The notes: a model not told the origin generated them from the letters alone. A stretch of DNA of 63,629 nt, filler included, from Octopus bimaculoides (GCF_001194135.2; 6 parts of 5 records of this genome joined end to end with filler, not necessarily neighbours in it), one strand, 5' to 3'. Shown: positions 1-13,049, counted from the whole stretch's first letter. Numbers and translations are program-made.

Positions 1-2296
1 TATATATATATATATATGATTATATGTATTTATTTTCTCTTAGTTAACAATTAACTCTGACAAAATAAATTGGCTAATAGATACCAGGGTAGCAAAGTTC
101 ACAAGATAACTTTGGTGTAACTGCTGTTTACGAGGTAGAAACTCCCTGTTAATTTGAGGTATTTTCTTTTTGACTATCATCAGTATCCGTATTAACAAGA
201 GGGACTGCATTGAGATGACTTATGAAGACATAGCTTCGTTTAGGGAAAAACAGCAATGAAAAATCTTTGCCGATTTATGCCAAAAGCCATCAGGCTATAA
301 TAAATTACGCAGTGAATATTAGCTTTTTTGCAAATCAAATGTGTTGCGCGAATGCTTGAACTGAGGTCCCACGTCGAACCCTATTATGAGCTATCTTATG
401 CAGATGTAATTGTATATAAACTCAGAACAAATCGCATATTTTGTGGGCGGATTGAATCTGCACAGGTGATTGTCGGATACAACATACCTGTAATTCGAAA
501 ATACACACGATGTATATACGTACGGGCGTATGTGTATATGTCTATATACATATTTGGACACACAAGCTTGTATATGTGTGCGTGTGTGTGCGTGCGTGTA
601 TATATATATATATATATNNNNNNNNNNNNNNNNNNNNNNNNNNNNNNNNNNNNNNNNNNNNNNNNNNNNNNNNNNNNNNNNNNNNNNNNNNNNNNNNNNN
701 NNNNNNNNNNNNNNNNNNNNNNNNNNNNNNNNNNNNNNNNNNNNNNNNNNNNNNNNNNNNNNNNNNNNNNNNNNNNNNNNNNNNNNNNNNNNNNNNNNNN
801 NNNNNNNNNNNNNNNNNNNNNNNNNNNNNNNNNNNNNNNNNNNNNNNNNNNNNNNNNNNNNNNNNNNNNNNNNNNNNNNNNNNNNNNNNNNNNNNNNNNN
901 NNNNNNNNNNNNNNNNNNNNNNNNNNNNNNNNNNNNNNNNNNNNNNNNNNNNNNNNNNNNNNNNNNNNNNNNNNNNNNNNNNNNNNNNNNNNNNNNNNNN
1001 NNNNNNNNNNNNNNNNNNNNNNNNNNNNNNNNNNNNNNNNNNNNNNNNNNNNNNNNNNNNNNNNNNNNNNNNNNNNNNNNNNNNNNNNNNNNNNNNNNNN
1101 NNNNNNNNNNNNNNNNNNNNNNNNNNNNNNNNNNNNNNNNNNNNNNNNNNNNNNNNNNNNNNNNNNNNNNNNNNNNNNNNNNNNNNNNNNNNNNNNNNNN
1201 NNNNNNNNNNNNNNNNNNNNNNNNNNNNNNNNNNNNNNNNNNNNNNNNNNNNNNNNNNNNNNNNNNNNNNNNNNNNNNNNNNNNNNNNNNNNNNNNNNNN
1301 NNNNNNNNNNNNNNNNNNNNNNNNNNNNNNNNNNNNNNNNNNNNNNNNNNNNNNNNNNNNNNNNNNNNNNNNNNNNNNNNNNNNNNNNNNNNNNNNNNNN
1401 NNNNNNNNNNNNNNNNNNNNNNNNNNNNNNNNNNNNNNNNNNNNNNNNNNAAAACGTTTCCTGTAATGGTTCTTTTGTCATCAAACCTTCAGCAGTTTAA
1501 TTTTGTATTAGTTTCCTAAAGATCAATTTCTCTACGACTATTACACGTAATGTATCTAATAAAAGTTAAATGATTCGAAAAGAGCGAAAAAATGAATTCC
1601 GTTATTTTTTTTATAAAAGTATTCCCATAGCAACCGAATATCTTGCCAAACTGGGGAAAGACACTGACTAGGAAAAAATAACAAAGAAAAGAAAGTTTAA
1701 TCAATATTCAGAAAGTACTAAACGTAGTAAGAATGAAACGAGAGATATATTATAAGCATCATTAAATATTATGTTTACCCAGAAGTTTTTTGACCTTCAT
1801 GGGGTTTGTGAATGAAAGATGTTTGTACTCCGTAATGTTCTTAATGCAAAAAAACAGACTTGGTTTCTGTATTAAAGTAGTCGAGAAAGCATAAATGCTT
1901 CTTCGATAATATTTCTTTAAAAAAAAAATCATTAAGAAATACTAAATGAACCAAAAATGGAGACATCGTCAAATTCTGATCGGTAACATGACAGATAGAG
2001 AACGTGACGAAACAATACAACTACAAAATACAAATAAAATATAAAGAAGTTACGCAGAATCAAAATCAATAGCAACGAATAAAATATACACAGAAATTAC
2101 GAGACTTAATTAAATATATTCTTTAATGAGATTCAATAAATTAGATAATTTTATGATGTTATAGTCTCCAGGGATATTGATCTTAATTCGTGAAATTCTA
2201 CTCATTCTGCGATTCTTTACATTATCTTCATGATAACACTTGCTCCATGTATTCCCTTATTTAAAAAAAAAATCTGTTAGAATTTATCAATATATG

Positions 2297-2380
<84 letters not shown>
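2297..2380. repeat. Compound trinucleotide microsatellite (TAC)n(TAA)n
   Basis: Read directly from sequence. Confidence 0.95.
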
Positions 2381-2381
<1 letters not shown>

Positions 2382-2433
2382 CCATTCTACTAAACGCACA
2401 AGGCCTGAAATTTTTGGGAAGGGGACTAGCCGA

Positions 2434-2526
2434 TTACATCGACTCCAGTGTATCACTAGTACTTAATTTATCGACCTCGAAAGGATGAAAGGCAAAGTCG
2501 GCATCGGCAGAATTTGAATTCAGAAC
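2434..2526 (-). mobile_element. Partial SINE (family also at 13128-13300 and 14897-15030), truncated by an N-gap
   Basis: Reverse complement contains gagttcaaat..gccga..cgactttgcctttcatcctttcg..gtcgataaattaagtac, shared with the other copies. Confidence 0.75.
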
Positions 2527-3146
2527 NNNNNNNNNNNNNNNNNNNNNNNNNNNNNNNNNNNNNNNNNNNNNNNNNNNNNNNNNNNNNNNNNNNNNNNNNN
2601 NNNNNNNNNNNNNNNNNNNNNNNNNNNNNNNNNNNNNNNNNNNNNNNNNNNNNNNNNNNNNNNNNNNNNNNNNNNNNNNNNNNNNNNNNNNNNNNNNNNN
2701 NNNNNNNNNNNNNNNNNNNNNNNNNNNNNNNNNNNNNNNNNNNNNNNNNNNNNNNNNNNNNNNNNNNNNNNNNNNNNNNNNNNNNNNNNNNNNNNNNNNN
2801 NNNNNNNNNNNNNNNNNNNNNNNNNNNNNNNNNNNNNNNNNNNNNNNNNNNNNNNNNNNNNNNNNNNNNNNNNNNNNNNNNNNNNNNNNNNNNNNNNNNN
2901 NNNNNNNNNNNNNNNNNNNNNNNNNNNNNNNNNNNNNNNNNNNNNNNNNNNNNNNNNNNNNNNNNNNNNNNNNNNNNNNNNNNNNNNNNNNNNNNNNNNN
3001 NNNNNNNNNNNNNNNNNNNNNNNNNNNNNNNNNNNNNNNNNNNNNNNNNNNNNNNNNNNNNNNNNNNNNNNNNNNNNNNNNNNNNNNNNNNNNNNNNNNN
3101 NNNNNNNNNNNNNNNNNNNNNNNNNNNNNNNNNNNNNNNNNNNAAC

Positions 3147-3193
<47 letters not shown>

Positions 3194-3329
3194 TAATAAT
3201 AATAATGAAAATAATACAGGAAAGTATTAGTTGAAAAGAGCGAATAGCATGGTACTGTAGGCTGCAGGTACGCAGGTACGCTACGCATGCAAAACTGCAA
3301 GAGTTCCAGCAAAACTTGTCATAAAGAGA

Positions 3330-3415
3330 TAACAGCTGCAGCAGCAGCAGCAGCATCAGCAGCAGTTGCAGCAGCAGAAGCCGCGGCAGCAGCAGAAGCA
3401 GCAACAAAAGCAACA
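3330..3415. repeat. Imperfect (GCA)n repeat
   Basis: Read directly; produces the poly-Ala and poly-Leu ORFs in the track. Confidence 0.85.
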
Positions 3416-3624
3416 ATAACAATGAAAATGATAAGCAAATTTCTGAGTAATGGACCTGTTCTAAGCAGTGTTGTTTTCTGCAGATGCTCCTGCCAAGTTG
3501 CAACCATTATGTTTTTTAATGTACTGCTCAAAAACTTAGCTTCCTGGTTCTAATGCTCTGACATTTATTGATATTATTACCTCCTATTCTCAGTAACTAC
3601 AACTGCATAACCTCCCTAGCTATA

Positions 3625-3812
3625 TCGACTTGTTTGATATTTATCGCATACCTCCTTGTCAACATGACATGCCATATATATGACCCTATATAACTTGATT
3701 ACTTTCTCAATCATCACAATATTTGGTTTCTTATTCTCTATTTCATGGTCACACAGAATCATAAAGTCCCACAGGATCTTTGCGTTATCCTTTTCGATAA
3801 TGTCTTCAGACT
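3625..3812 (-). mobile_element. R4/Dong-clade non-LTR retrotransposon fragment (restriction-like endonuclease)
   Basis: Translation SEDIIEKDNAKILWDFMILCDHEIENKKPNIVMIEK..VIYMACHVDKEVCDK matches the KILWDF..D..I..RKPD motif; related copy at 31757-32095. Confidence 0.85.
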
Positions 3813-4659
3813 GCATAGATAGGTTCCCGTATTCATAGTAGAAATTCACTAATATAAGCACATTCAGTTGTACAAACACCCATAGACACAGATACAAATA
3901 TGTATATGAACATGTATATAGATGGTTATGCACACATATAATCCCCCTCGTATAATCCCCATCGATTATTTATGAAATGATATTTTCTTTCAATGGTACT
4001 TGAATGAACGTGCACAATGTGAGTAAGGAAATACATTTGAATTATATCTATGTGTGTATGTATGTGTGTGTATTTGTGTTTGTGTGTGTGTGTGTGTGTT
4101 TGTGCGTGTGTGTGTGTGTTTGTGTGTGTGTGTACGCGCACATCTCTGGTCGGTGTGTTTATATCATTCTTAGAACCGGTAGGGCATCTAGTAGAATGTT
4201 TTTTGCTTTTCATTTTGGAAATCTGCACACCGATTTCAAATCTCGTCGAATTCAGATTCTCTTTACATTTTTGTTGAGTCCATAAATAATGTACCTATTT
4301 AGTACTAGCGATTATTTCCCTTTTCTCTGGTTTCCTCTATCGTACTAAATTTATTTCGAAGCTTTATCATAACATATTGTGTCAAGCCGATTCGCTAAGA
4401 GAAGTATAGAAAGGATACATATGACCATGGGAATCTCAACAGCTTAAAAGTTAACAGCTTAAGCAAGAATTTCATTATTATCGAAAATCGACGAATCCAT
4501 CACTGATTCCTAGGAGTACTACTGTCATATAAACGTTAACTTCAGTTTTGTCAAATATATTTTCAATGGGGCTTTATTCTCGCAAAAAACTATGACAGTA
4601 TTAGATCTATTTATGACTGCATGGAGAGGTATTTGTACAAATAAAGCAAAAATACATAC

Positions 4660-4873
4660 CAGTTTGTACTAAAAGGTTCCTGGTTTTGAAGGGTGTCGCG
4701 AAAGGCCTGGTTGGATGCCCAACCTTCCGAGTTCTTTTACAGGGCTTAGAAAAACTGAAGGACTGCTGCAATAAATGTGTGAGTCTGAGAGGAGAATATG
4801 TTGAATAAAATCAAATTCAACTTATCCTCCTATATTTTTTTTTAACCAGGAAATTTTCAGCAGCCTCTCGCAT
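4660..4873 (+). mobile_element. Mariner-derived MITE or deletion derivative
   Basis: 4748-4808 encodes LEKLKDCCNKCVSLRGEYVE*, a typical mariner C-terminus. Right TIR aaccaggaaattttcagcagcctctcg at 4844-4870; partial left TIR aaaaggttcctggtt at 4671-4685. Confidence 0.75.
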
Positions 4874-6026
4874 AATCCCCATCGATCAGCATTCATATTT
4901 TCATTCAATGATACTTGAATGAACGTGCACAATGAGTAGCAAGGAAATACATTTGAATTATATCTACAATTTATCCGATGGGCTTCAACATGTTCTGTCA
5001 ATCCACTCACACTCACAAAAGTTCGAGTGACTAAAATACTCCCAACACTAGACCGTGGAATTGTACTCAAGACGCTGCTATTCTGCTAGTGTTATTGCAT
5101 CCACCTTACTATTTGTGATTTTTGACTAGTAGCAGAATGGAGAGGGGAAAAATTGTTATACGCACTCCGAAGAATCGTGGTTTAAGGGTAGAAATACACC
5201 AGGGTAGTAGCTCCAATGTATTATCTATTGTTTTTTCTTGGTGTGTAACAGATTTGAAATCAGGGTGCAAAGTGAAGCAGCTAAGTAATTGAACTGACAC
5301 CCTACTATTTAATGGCTTTCCTATCCTATTTCTTCCTCTCTCTCTCTAGTTGTCAGTGGTTCAGTCTTTTTTTTTCTATTATATATCTGAATTGTTACTC
5401 TATGCAACAACTTTGGACAATGATCGATAACTTATGCAGCAATTTCATCAGAACTCTCCTCGTCCTACTTCTGTTACCCACCTCATATTCTCATTTTCGT
5501 TTTCTTCTTCTTTTCACTGCTGTCATCTAATATGTGTCAACAAAAGGCCTGCGGGAATTAGAATCGATATGTATTCCGTTCCTATCTTTATCACATTGAT
5601 GTTCCCAGATATCGAATACCATACGTTTACTCCCCTTTCCACTTCTCTATTTCACCAACACAGTTATTATCCGAAATACGGCTAGCCAACACACGTCCAT
5701 TAGCTCTAAATTATATTGTCTCTAGCAATTTTAATATTGAATCAATGCGTTCGATTTATGTTGATTTTATTGGATTAGTCTTAGAATTATTGTAAGAGGG
5801 CCGTTCCAACGGTGGATAATAGAATCATCAGAGTATCGGTCGAACGCTTTAGTTACATTCTGTGCATTACTGTGATTTCAAATCCAAACGAGGTCAATTT
5901 TGCTTGTCTTTGTTACAGGATCAATATTAACTGTACCAGTCAAAGAATCTAGGTAGATATGTTCGATCACATAACTATTTGAAAAATTACAGGGTCATAA
6001 CCATATTATTAATTGTTATTTCTATT

Positions 6027-6411
6027 TGCTTGTTGCTGGCACACCGTCGCTCACGACGTCGAGGATTCCAGTTGATCCGATCAACGGAACAGCCTCCTCG
6101 TGAAATTAACGTGCAAGGGGATGAGCACTTCACAGACACGTGTACCCTTAACGTATTTCTCGGGGATATTCAGCGTGACGCAGTGTGACAAGGCTGACCC
6201 TTTGAATTACAGGCACAATAGAAATAGGAAGTAAGAGAGAGAAAGTTGTGGTGGAAGAGTACAGCAGGGTTCACCACCATCCCCTGCCGGAGCCTCGTGG
6301 AGCTTTAGGTGTTTTCGCTCAATAAACACTCACAACGCCCGGTCTGGGAATCGAAACCGTGATCCTATGACCGCAAGTCCGCTGCCCTAACCCCTTCGCC
6401 ATTGCGCCTCC
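6027..6411 (-). mobile_element. Full-length tRNA-derived SINE with 12-bp target-site duplication
   Basis: Perfect GTTATTTCTATT at 6015-6026 and 6412-6423. Minus-strand head has A-box-like and B-box-like (gtttcgattccc) motifs. Same family at 61415-61797. Confidence 0.92.
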
Positions 6412-8499
6412 GTTATTTCTATTAATCTTGTGAGATTGTGATAGATGTGGTAGCAGTAAGTGTAGTGCCACAGTTTCTTAGTTATGTCTTCACTACGCCT
6501 TAACTAATTTTGGGTGTTTCACTCAGTTAAATTCAGCACTAGTTCGATTCAATCTTATATTCACCACCAAAATATGTAATCCTGTATCAATATCAGAAAT
6601 CTTTATTGTTTGCTTCTGTTCAGTGATAGAAATATAGGGAAGTTTAAACAATTCTTGACGGAAAGTAATTTTCGTTTCTGTATCAAATCTCATCCGGGAT
6701 TACCTTCAGCCTCCTTACATCCAAAATCGGTAACGGAATTATCTAACATGTACTTAGGTAGATTCACTGAACAACATAGTTTTGTTTATTTGTAGAACAA
6801 ATAAGGTTTACCGTGTGTGTGTATCTGAAGAGATGAAAATAGCTAAACCTTAAAGTACGTTATTTAGTTTTATCTCATATATTTCGAAGATCAAACTATG
6901 ATAAAAATTGCTACTAGTATCAACTGAGTCACGCGATTTAATTGAATGTAGCTACAACCTATTTGCTTAAAGATTCTTGGTAATAAATCATTATTAGCAA
7001 TATTTAATTGACAACTATGTAATTCCGTAAAGTTTCGAAATTACATAGAATGCTACTAAAATTATGAAGCCAATACACTTTCAAGTACGTTTTGGGAAAA
7101 ATACATCATTTTTCATTTGTCGTAAACAAAAATTTAGGTCACCTCAGGAAGAGAAAGTAATTGTTTTTATAATTAACCATCCGGAAGTTTGATTACATTC
7201 TGATGATTTGCTAAGTTTTTCGATTGATATCGATGAGCTGAAACGAATGTGCAATGACTTAAAGTAAATATGGTTGTATGAAAATTATCAGATGATTTTG
7301 TAAAGAATATCACGTTCCCAAATAAATTTGAACCTGATTTTTAGTGATTCGGCAGTGCTAATGATGTATTTGTCTCATTGATTAAAAGTAGCTAGTAACT
7401 GTAATGATAGTATACAAGTATAATACCAGTAGTTATTGTAATCGAATCTAGAGAATGGAAGGGCATGTTCAAAAGTGGCAGTGTCTGATCAAAATCGTAA
7501 ATGGGTGTTACGAAATCTTACTAGGTATTTTATTCCACTACTCCGCTTTTCAACTACGACAATGAAATACAAGAATCATTGAAGGATCTGCTAACCACTG
7601 CCTACATTCTTTCTTCAAATGACGAAAGAGTGGTTCTTGTTAGTATTATTGCTAGTTTTCAAATAAGATAAGGGACATCATTTTGTTTAAAACTTATGGC
7701 CAATTATATTGAACTCTACTAGCTGATTGGTTTTGAGTCTGTTGATTGCAGAAAAAACAAATCGACATCACAAAATACTGCCTGATAAATTGCCAAAATA
7801 TTACTAAGTCTTCCATGAACTTTACAATGGATCTCCCTTTACTGCATCTCCTTTTTGAGATGACTTGTTATGAACAGGTTTTATAAAATCTTATTCCAGT
7901 ATTCATGATGGTTTAAAACCTAATTCTACTTAAATATGTATGCTAGAACAACAAGACACTGCAGTATTTATTTTTGCACCTCTGTTTGGGATTCAGGTCC
8001 CATTGCAGTTGATTTTACTGATCATCGTCATAAAATCGATAAACTAAGTAAACACCATCTACTGGGATTGATTAAATAAACCATATGCCTTCCCTGCAAA
8101 TGTATTTCAGAAATGATAGCTTACAGATTATCTATTAATTACATATTACTCAGATTTCTTTAGTGCAACAATTTGTACACAGTAGCAGATGTGTACACGC
8201 ATGCAATACCATTCCTATAGCAACAGCACATGAATGAATGACAGTTTGGATGGTAGATGGATACCTACTTCTCCAGATCTCTCCAGTTAACTCAGTTTAT
8301 GTAAATCCTCCGAAACTTAGTGGAATCAGCTATTTTCTGATTAACAAATGATGCTATCTATTACTGCGTGTTACTACAACAGATCAAAAACTTTCTAGAT
8401 TAGCTAATTCTTCCAGGTTTCCTTGATTCATGAAGCATGTTCATAAAAAAAAACATCTTCAACTGGGATCTGGACAGAAAAAACAGCTCTTTGTTTTAA

Positions 8500-8900
8500 A
8501 TGTTAGTCAGCATTCTTGCATTCTTTGTTGTGAGGCTGAAACGAGCATTGCTGAATAGTTAAATAGTTTGCTTCGCTACAATACCGGTTCGAGCGGAATC
8601 CAGCTGTGTGACACATTAGGTATGTTTCTTGAGCAGTAGCCTCGGGTCCACTAAACCTTACTTTCCGTCTGCCAAGGGAAACTGAGCGAAAAGACAATCG
8701 GAGGACTGTTCCTGGCAGTTATGGAGTGAATCCGTTCACTGCTTAAGCATCACTATCCGACTGAACAGCAACTTTAGCGGTATCCAAACTGTTTCAGGAA
8801 ATTGGACTGTTTCTGATATGAAAACACCGTTATCAGAGACTCCGAATGTTTCGATGGGCAATGTCTTACGTCTTCTTTAAAAGCATAAACCAATTACGAC
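8500..8900 (-). pseudogene. Possible very decayed Ty3/gypsy integrase remnant
   Basis: Pieces in different frames: FGVSDNG.FISE, NFLKQFGYR, SLGRRKVR. They resemble the SDNG integrase core and the following GRK.RT motif; many stops and shifts. Confidence 0.35.
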
Positions 8901-10786
8901 TTTAGATTACCATCGAAGTCTTCATTTTTATTCAGTATTTCAATAAGTAGTCAGCCTAGTGGAGTCTAAAATTCTCGAACCTATTCTATGCTGGTGTAAG
9001 CCAATAGCTTTTTAAACAAGGCGGAATCAACTGGCTCAACACAGATAGAGAATTCAGAAGTAATCAAATAAAAGCTTTCAAGTAGTTTGCTAGCGTATTA
9101 TTAATGCTAATATTTAAGATTCATAGTCCAATACCAAATTTAGAATTGTAGGGTTAAACCAGTGAGGATGTGAAAATTCCTTTTAGATAAGATTTAATAT
9201 TTTTGTACTAAATATTTGCATAGCCAAATTGCGTGCGGTATAAGTTTTCAATTGAACTTTCCACATCTAGAGTTAAGAGAAAACTGAAATTACATTCTTT
9301 GAAACAAAATCTGCCTATTACTTTCTATATAAAGTATCTCCATTCTGCTGCGACCCTATTAGAATAAATCATGCACAGGTGTATCCACTTGAATAGGCAA
9401 TGAATCTCAATTTTCGAAAGCGTGGCCAATCATCAAAGACCATGCATTATAAAAATTAATTCCATATTGCTCTCCAGACCGGTTTCATTTATTAACTTCG
9501 TTTCAGTAACTAAGTCAATTTGTAAATGTAAATCTAATTCAAGTAACTCGACCAAAATCACCGTAAAGCGCGCAGTTTATTTCGCCAGAGCTTATTCAAC
9601 ATTAAATTCGTTTGATTCAAAAGAATGAAAAGATGGTTTAATATCAGAGAGAGTCAGTGTCATTACCGGAAATTGTACAAAAAGGAAGGAAACCAATGCT
9701 CTTCCTGTTAACGGACTAAGCTTTTCATTTTTCATCAAACTAGAATATCCGGTATCATGAAAATATTAAAAATACGTGAAGAGTTATGGTATTTCCTCTG
9801 AAAAAGAATATTGTGTTGCTTTTGTTGTTATTAATGTTATGATTATTTATGATATTTTTGTTTAAATGTGCTTCCATATATGAATGATATCTGCTCTATG
9901 CTCACACTCCTATTAATGTTTTAATAATCGACATGACCATTAAATCTGTTGATATTCTGTTGATAGTTTATCAACGTACAGTTTCACATCAGCGCTTCCT
10001 AAATCTATTTAGCGTGCTATCATGGTTTACGCTTCCCGATGATTTATTTTCTCTCACTCTTACTAAAACTACTGAATACTGCACTTGGTGTATGAACTTG
10101 AACGTTTAGATAAATCGACAGAAGTCTTAAGGAGAGACATGCAAAGGTGATATGGAGGAAATGTTAATATATTTATTATATGCACAAGATTGTAAGAAAC
10201 ACTTTACACAAAGAGTTGAACACCTCATAAACTAATACAGTGACGCGGTTTCAAGGCACCGTTGTCTATTACTTTTACTTACACGTTTTATTTACGACTT
10301 ATCCTGAGAGCGTTCACCCAGATGGATTTAAGCTGCAGCTCTCATTTAGTTCCCTTCTACCATTGTAATATACTCCTAAAATTTTTACGATTTTTTGTGT
10401 ATAAAATGGAATTTATGCGCAGATATATACTTAGTTTAGTAGTTCAGTATAGAAACTATGAATTTCAATTTTCAGCTGCCGAACATATCAGGCACCTGGA
10501 AATTCAAGCCACAATCTTGTGGAATTTTAATGAATATTTCATTTAACGTTCAAGCGTACAGCTTGCGTTGTCCAGCAGTTGTCCAGCATTACAATATTGA
10601 GTATTCTCTAGTAGCCCTATCGAAAATAAAGAAATACATACATATGTATATATAATATCTTTTTGATCAAATTTCGAAATCACGTGATAATAACAATCGA
10701 AAACGACAGCATTCGGGCAAACAGATCGAAAAACTTCCTTCACATACCTATGTAACAGAATGTTGTATATTTGTTAGTGTTAGTAA

Positions 10787-10839
10787 ACGCGTGGACCGGT
10801 TTCTTGTTTGACAAAGATCTTACTTTCATCAGCACGTGT
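10787..10839 (-). ncRNA. Hammerhead-ribozyme-like motif with irregular stem II
   Basis: Minus strand acacgtg-CUGAUGA-aagtaagatctttgtcaaacaa-GAAA-ccg-GUC-cacgcgt. Stem I has 4 bp, a mismatch and 2 bp; stem III is palindromic ACCGGU; stem II is not closed canonically. Confidence 0.45.
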
Positions 10840-11889
10840 GAACCATTTGAAAAAAATCTTCCCAATCCGGTGCGTTGAAATCTGATGGTCCCCTGAATTG
10901 TTTTGCGGCACATCTGAGCAACCTCGGTGTAAACAGTATCAATATGGAGCAAATATTCGGGAGTAAATGTTTATATAAATATCATTATTTTCAATAAATA
11001 TTCTTTGCTGAATATTTGCTCCGTGTGTATATATATATATATATNNNNNNNNNNNNNNNNNNNNNNNNNNNNNNNNNNNNNNNNNNNNNNNNNNNNNNNN
11101 NNNNNNNNNNNNNNNNNNNNNNNNNNNNNNNNNNNNNNNNNNNNNNNNNNNNNNNNNNNNNNNNNNNNNNNNNNNNNNNNNNNNNNNNNNNNNNNNNNNN
11201 NNNNNNNNNNNNNNNNNNNNNNNNNNNNNNNNNNNNNNNNNNNNNNNNNNNNNNNNNNNNNNNNNNNNNNNNNNNNNNNNNNNNNNNNNNNNNNNNNNNN
11301 NNNNNNNNNNNNNNNNNNNNNNNNNNNNNNNNNNNNNNNNNNNNNNNNNNNNNNNNNNNNNNNNNNNNNNNNNNNNNNNNNNNNNNNNNNNNNNNNNNNN
11401 NNNNNNNNNNNNNNNNNNNNNNNNNNNNNNNNNNNNNNNNNNNNNNNNNNNNNNNNNNNNNNNNNNNNNNNNNNNNNNNNNNNNNNNNNNNNNNNNNNNN
11501 NNNNNNNNNNNNNNNNNNNNNNNNNNNNNNNNNNNNNNNNNNNNNNNNNNNNNNNNNNNNNNNNNNNNNNNNNNNNNNNNNNNNNNNNNNNNNNNNNNNN
11601 NNNNNNNNNNNNNNNNNNNNNNNNNNNNNNNNNNNNNNNNNNNNNNNNNNNNNNNNNNNNNNNNNNNNNNNNNNNNNNNNNNNNNNNNNNNNNNNNNNNN
11701 NNNNNNNNNNNNNNNNNNNNNNNNNNNNNNNNNNNNNNNNNNNNNNNNNNNNNNNNNNNNNNNNNNNNNNNNNNNNNNNNNNNNNNNNNNNNNNNNNNNN
11801 NNNNNNNNNNNNNNNNNNNNNNNNNNNNNNNNNNNNNNNNNNNNNNNNNNNNNNNNNNNNNNNNNTATTTTATGTTTATAATTTTAGTT

Positions 11890-12330
11890 TAACCTAAAAC
11901 TTCGTTTAAATTGTATTTTAAACGGAAGATTCATTAAGATAAGATTTGCATTGAATATTTCTGTTAGTTTATATTATAATAAACGTAAAGTTAATAATGT
12001 CACGTTTATAATTTTCGATATGATTAGTATTAAATTTCTTTTTAACAATATTGTTTAACATTTTTCTATCTTAATATAATAAGTATTTTTATATACATTT
12101 ATTTGTTATCTGTTGTTGGTTGATATATGCATTCTTCTTCTTATTAATATTGTTGTATTTTGACCTGAAGATTTGCAATATTTTTGAATACAATTGATTT
12201 TCGATCGATTTAATCAATTTGAATATATTTTATTTTATATTTGAAAACTTGGTTATGAAACACGTGTAGTCGTTTTATTATGATTATCTTGTGATTTTTA
12301 CTTTGTATTGTATTATACTAATTTATCGTG
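11890..12330 (+). mobile_element. Decayed Penelope-like element 3' end (endonuclease tail plus pseudo-LTR)
   Basis: LNISVSLYYNKRKVNN resembles the L.ILESLYI.K.KP.LN tail of Penelope endonucleases and is followed by a hammerhead-like motif. Confidence 0.4.
12162..12271 (+). ncRNA. Hammerhead-ribozyme-like motif with long AT-rich stem II region
   Basis: gac-CUGAAGA (12165-12171) ... GAAA (12257-12260)-cacgt-GUA-gtc. Stem I gac/gtc; stem III palindrome ACACGUGU; stem II closure is weak. Confidence 0.5.
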
Positions 12331-12639
12331 CATTTACTTATTAATTTTTCTATATGTGACTGTGCATTTTCATGGATGAGTTCATGAACTTTGGTTCTTT
12401 TCTCTAAACTATATATTTATATATTTTATACTGTGTAACTTCATTTAATTTCAAGCTTTGATAAAATGAATTTAATTGAGTGTTTACTTGTAAATTTTGG
12501 ATTTTTATCCCTAATATTATTATATATATAAATTGAAATAATGAGAGTGAAAAATTGAGTATTAATTTAATTAATATCAATTTAAAACCAGTAGCCTATC
12601 ATATTGAAAAATCTGAAGATTCAAAAATATTATATTACA

Positions 12640-12915
12640 TACATATAAGAGGGATGACCATTAAGTGAATATCCATTATGCTAGAAGTAGACCACCTATG
12701 GTCTGAACACTAAGAAGAGTTTGTTCTCAAGAAAATTCAGCTAACTGGTCCGTGATTAATCTTTATATTTTATATCTTTTCATTTGACTTGCTCGCTTAC
12801 GTTCTGGCGTTTTGCTGAATTTTCTTGAGAACAATCTCTTCTTAGTGGTCAGACGATAGGTGGTCTACTTCTAGCATAATGGATGTCCACTAAGTGGTCA
12901 TCCCTCTTCTATGTA
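12640..12915. mobile_element. Foldback element or MITE with about 102-bp inverted arms
   Basis: 12640-12741 is the reverse complement of 12814-12915 at roughly 90% identity by eye, with a 72-bp spacer. Confidence 0.9.
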
Positions 12916-12997
12916 TACATATATATGTGTGAGTGTGTGTATATGTGTGTGTGTGTTTGTGTATGTGTGTTTGTGTGTGTGTTTGTGTGTGTGTGTG

Positions 12998-13049
<52 letters not shown>

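Noticed and set aside
328-1519. Long ORFs spanning N-gaps (also near 2.5, 11, 21.5, 38.4, 52, 54.5 and 57 kb)
   Set aside because: They are open only because Ns translate as X.
3287-3553. Poly-Ala ORF
   Set aside because: (GCA)n repeat with no splice or homology support.
5979-6188. ORF with a signal-peptide-like start (MKNYRVITILLIV...)
   Set aside because: It is mostly the antisense of the SINE at 6027-6411.
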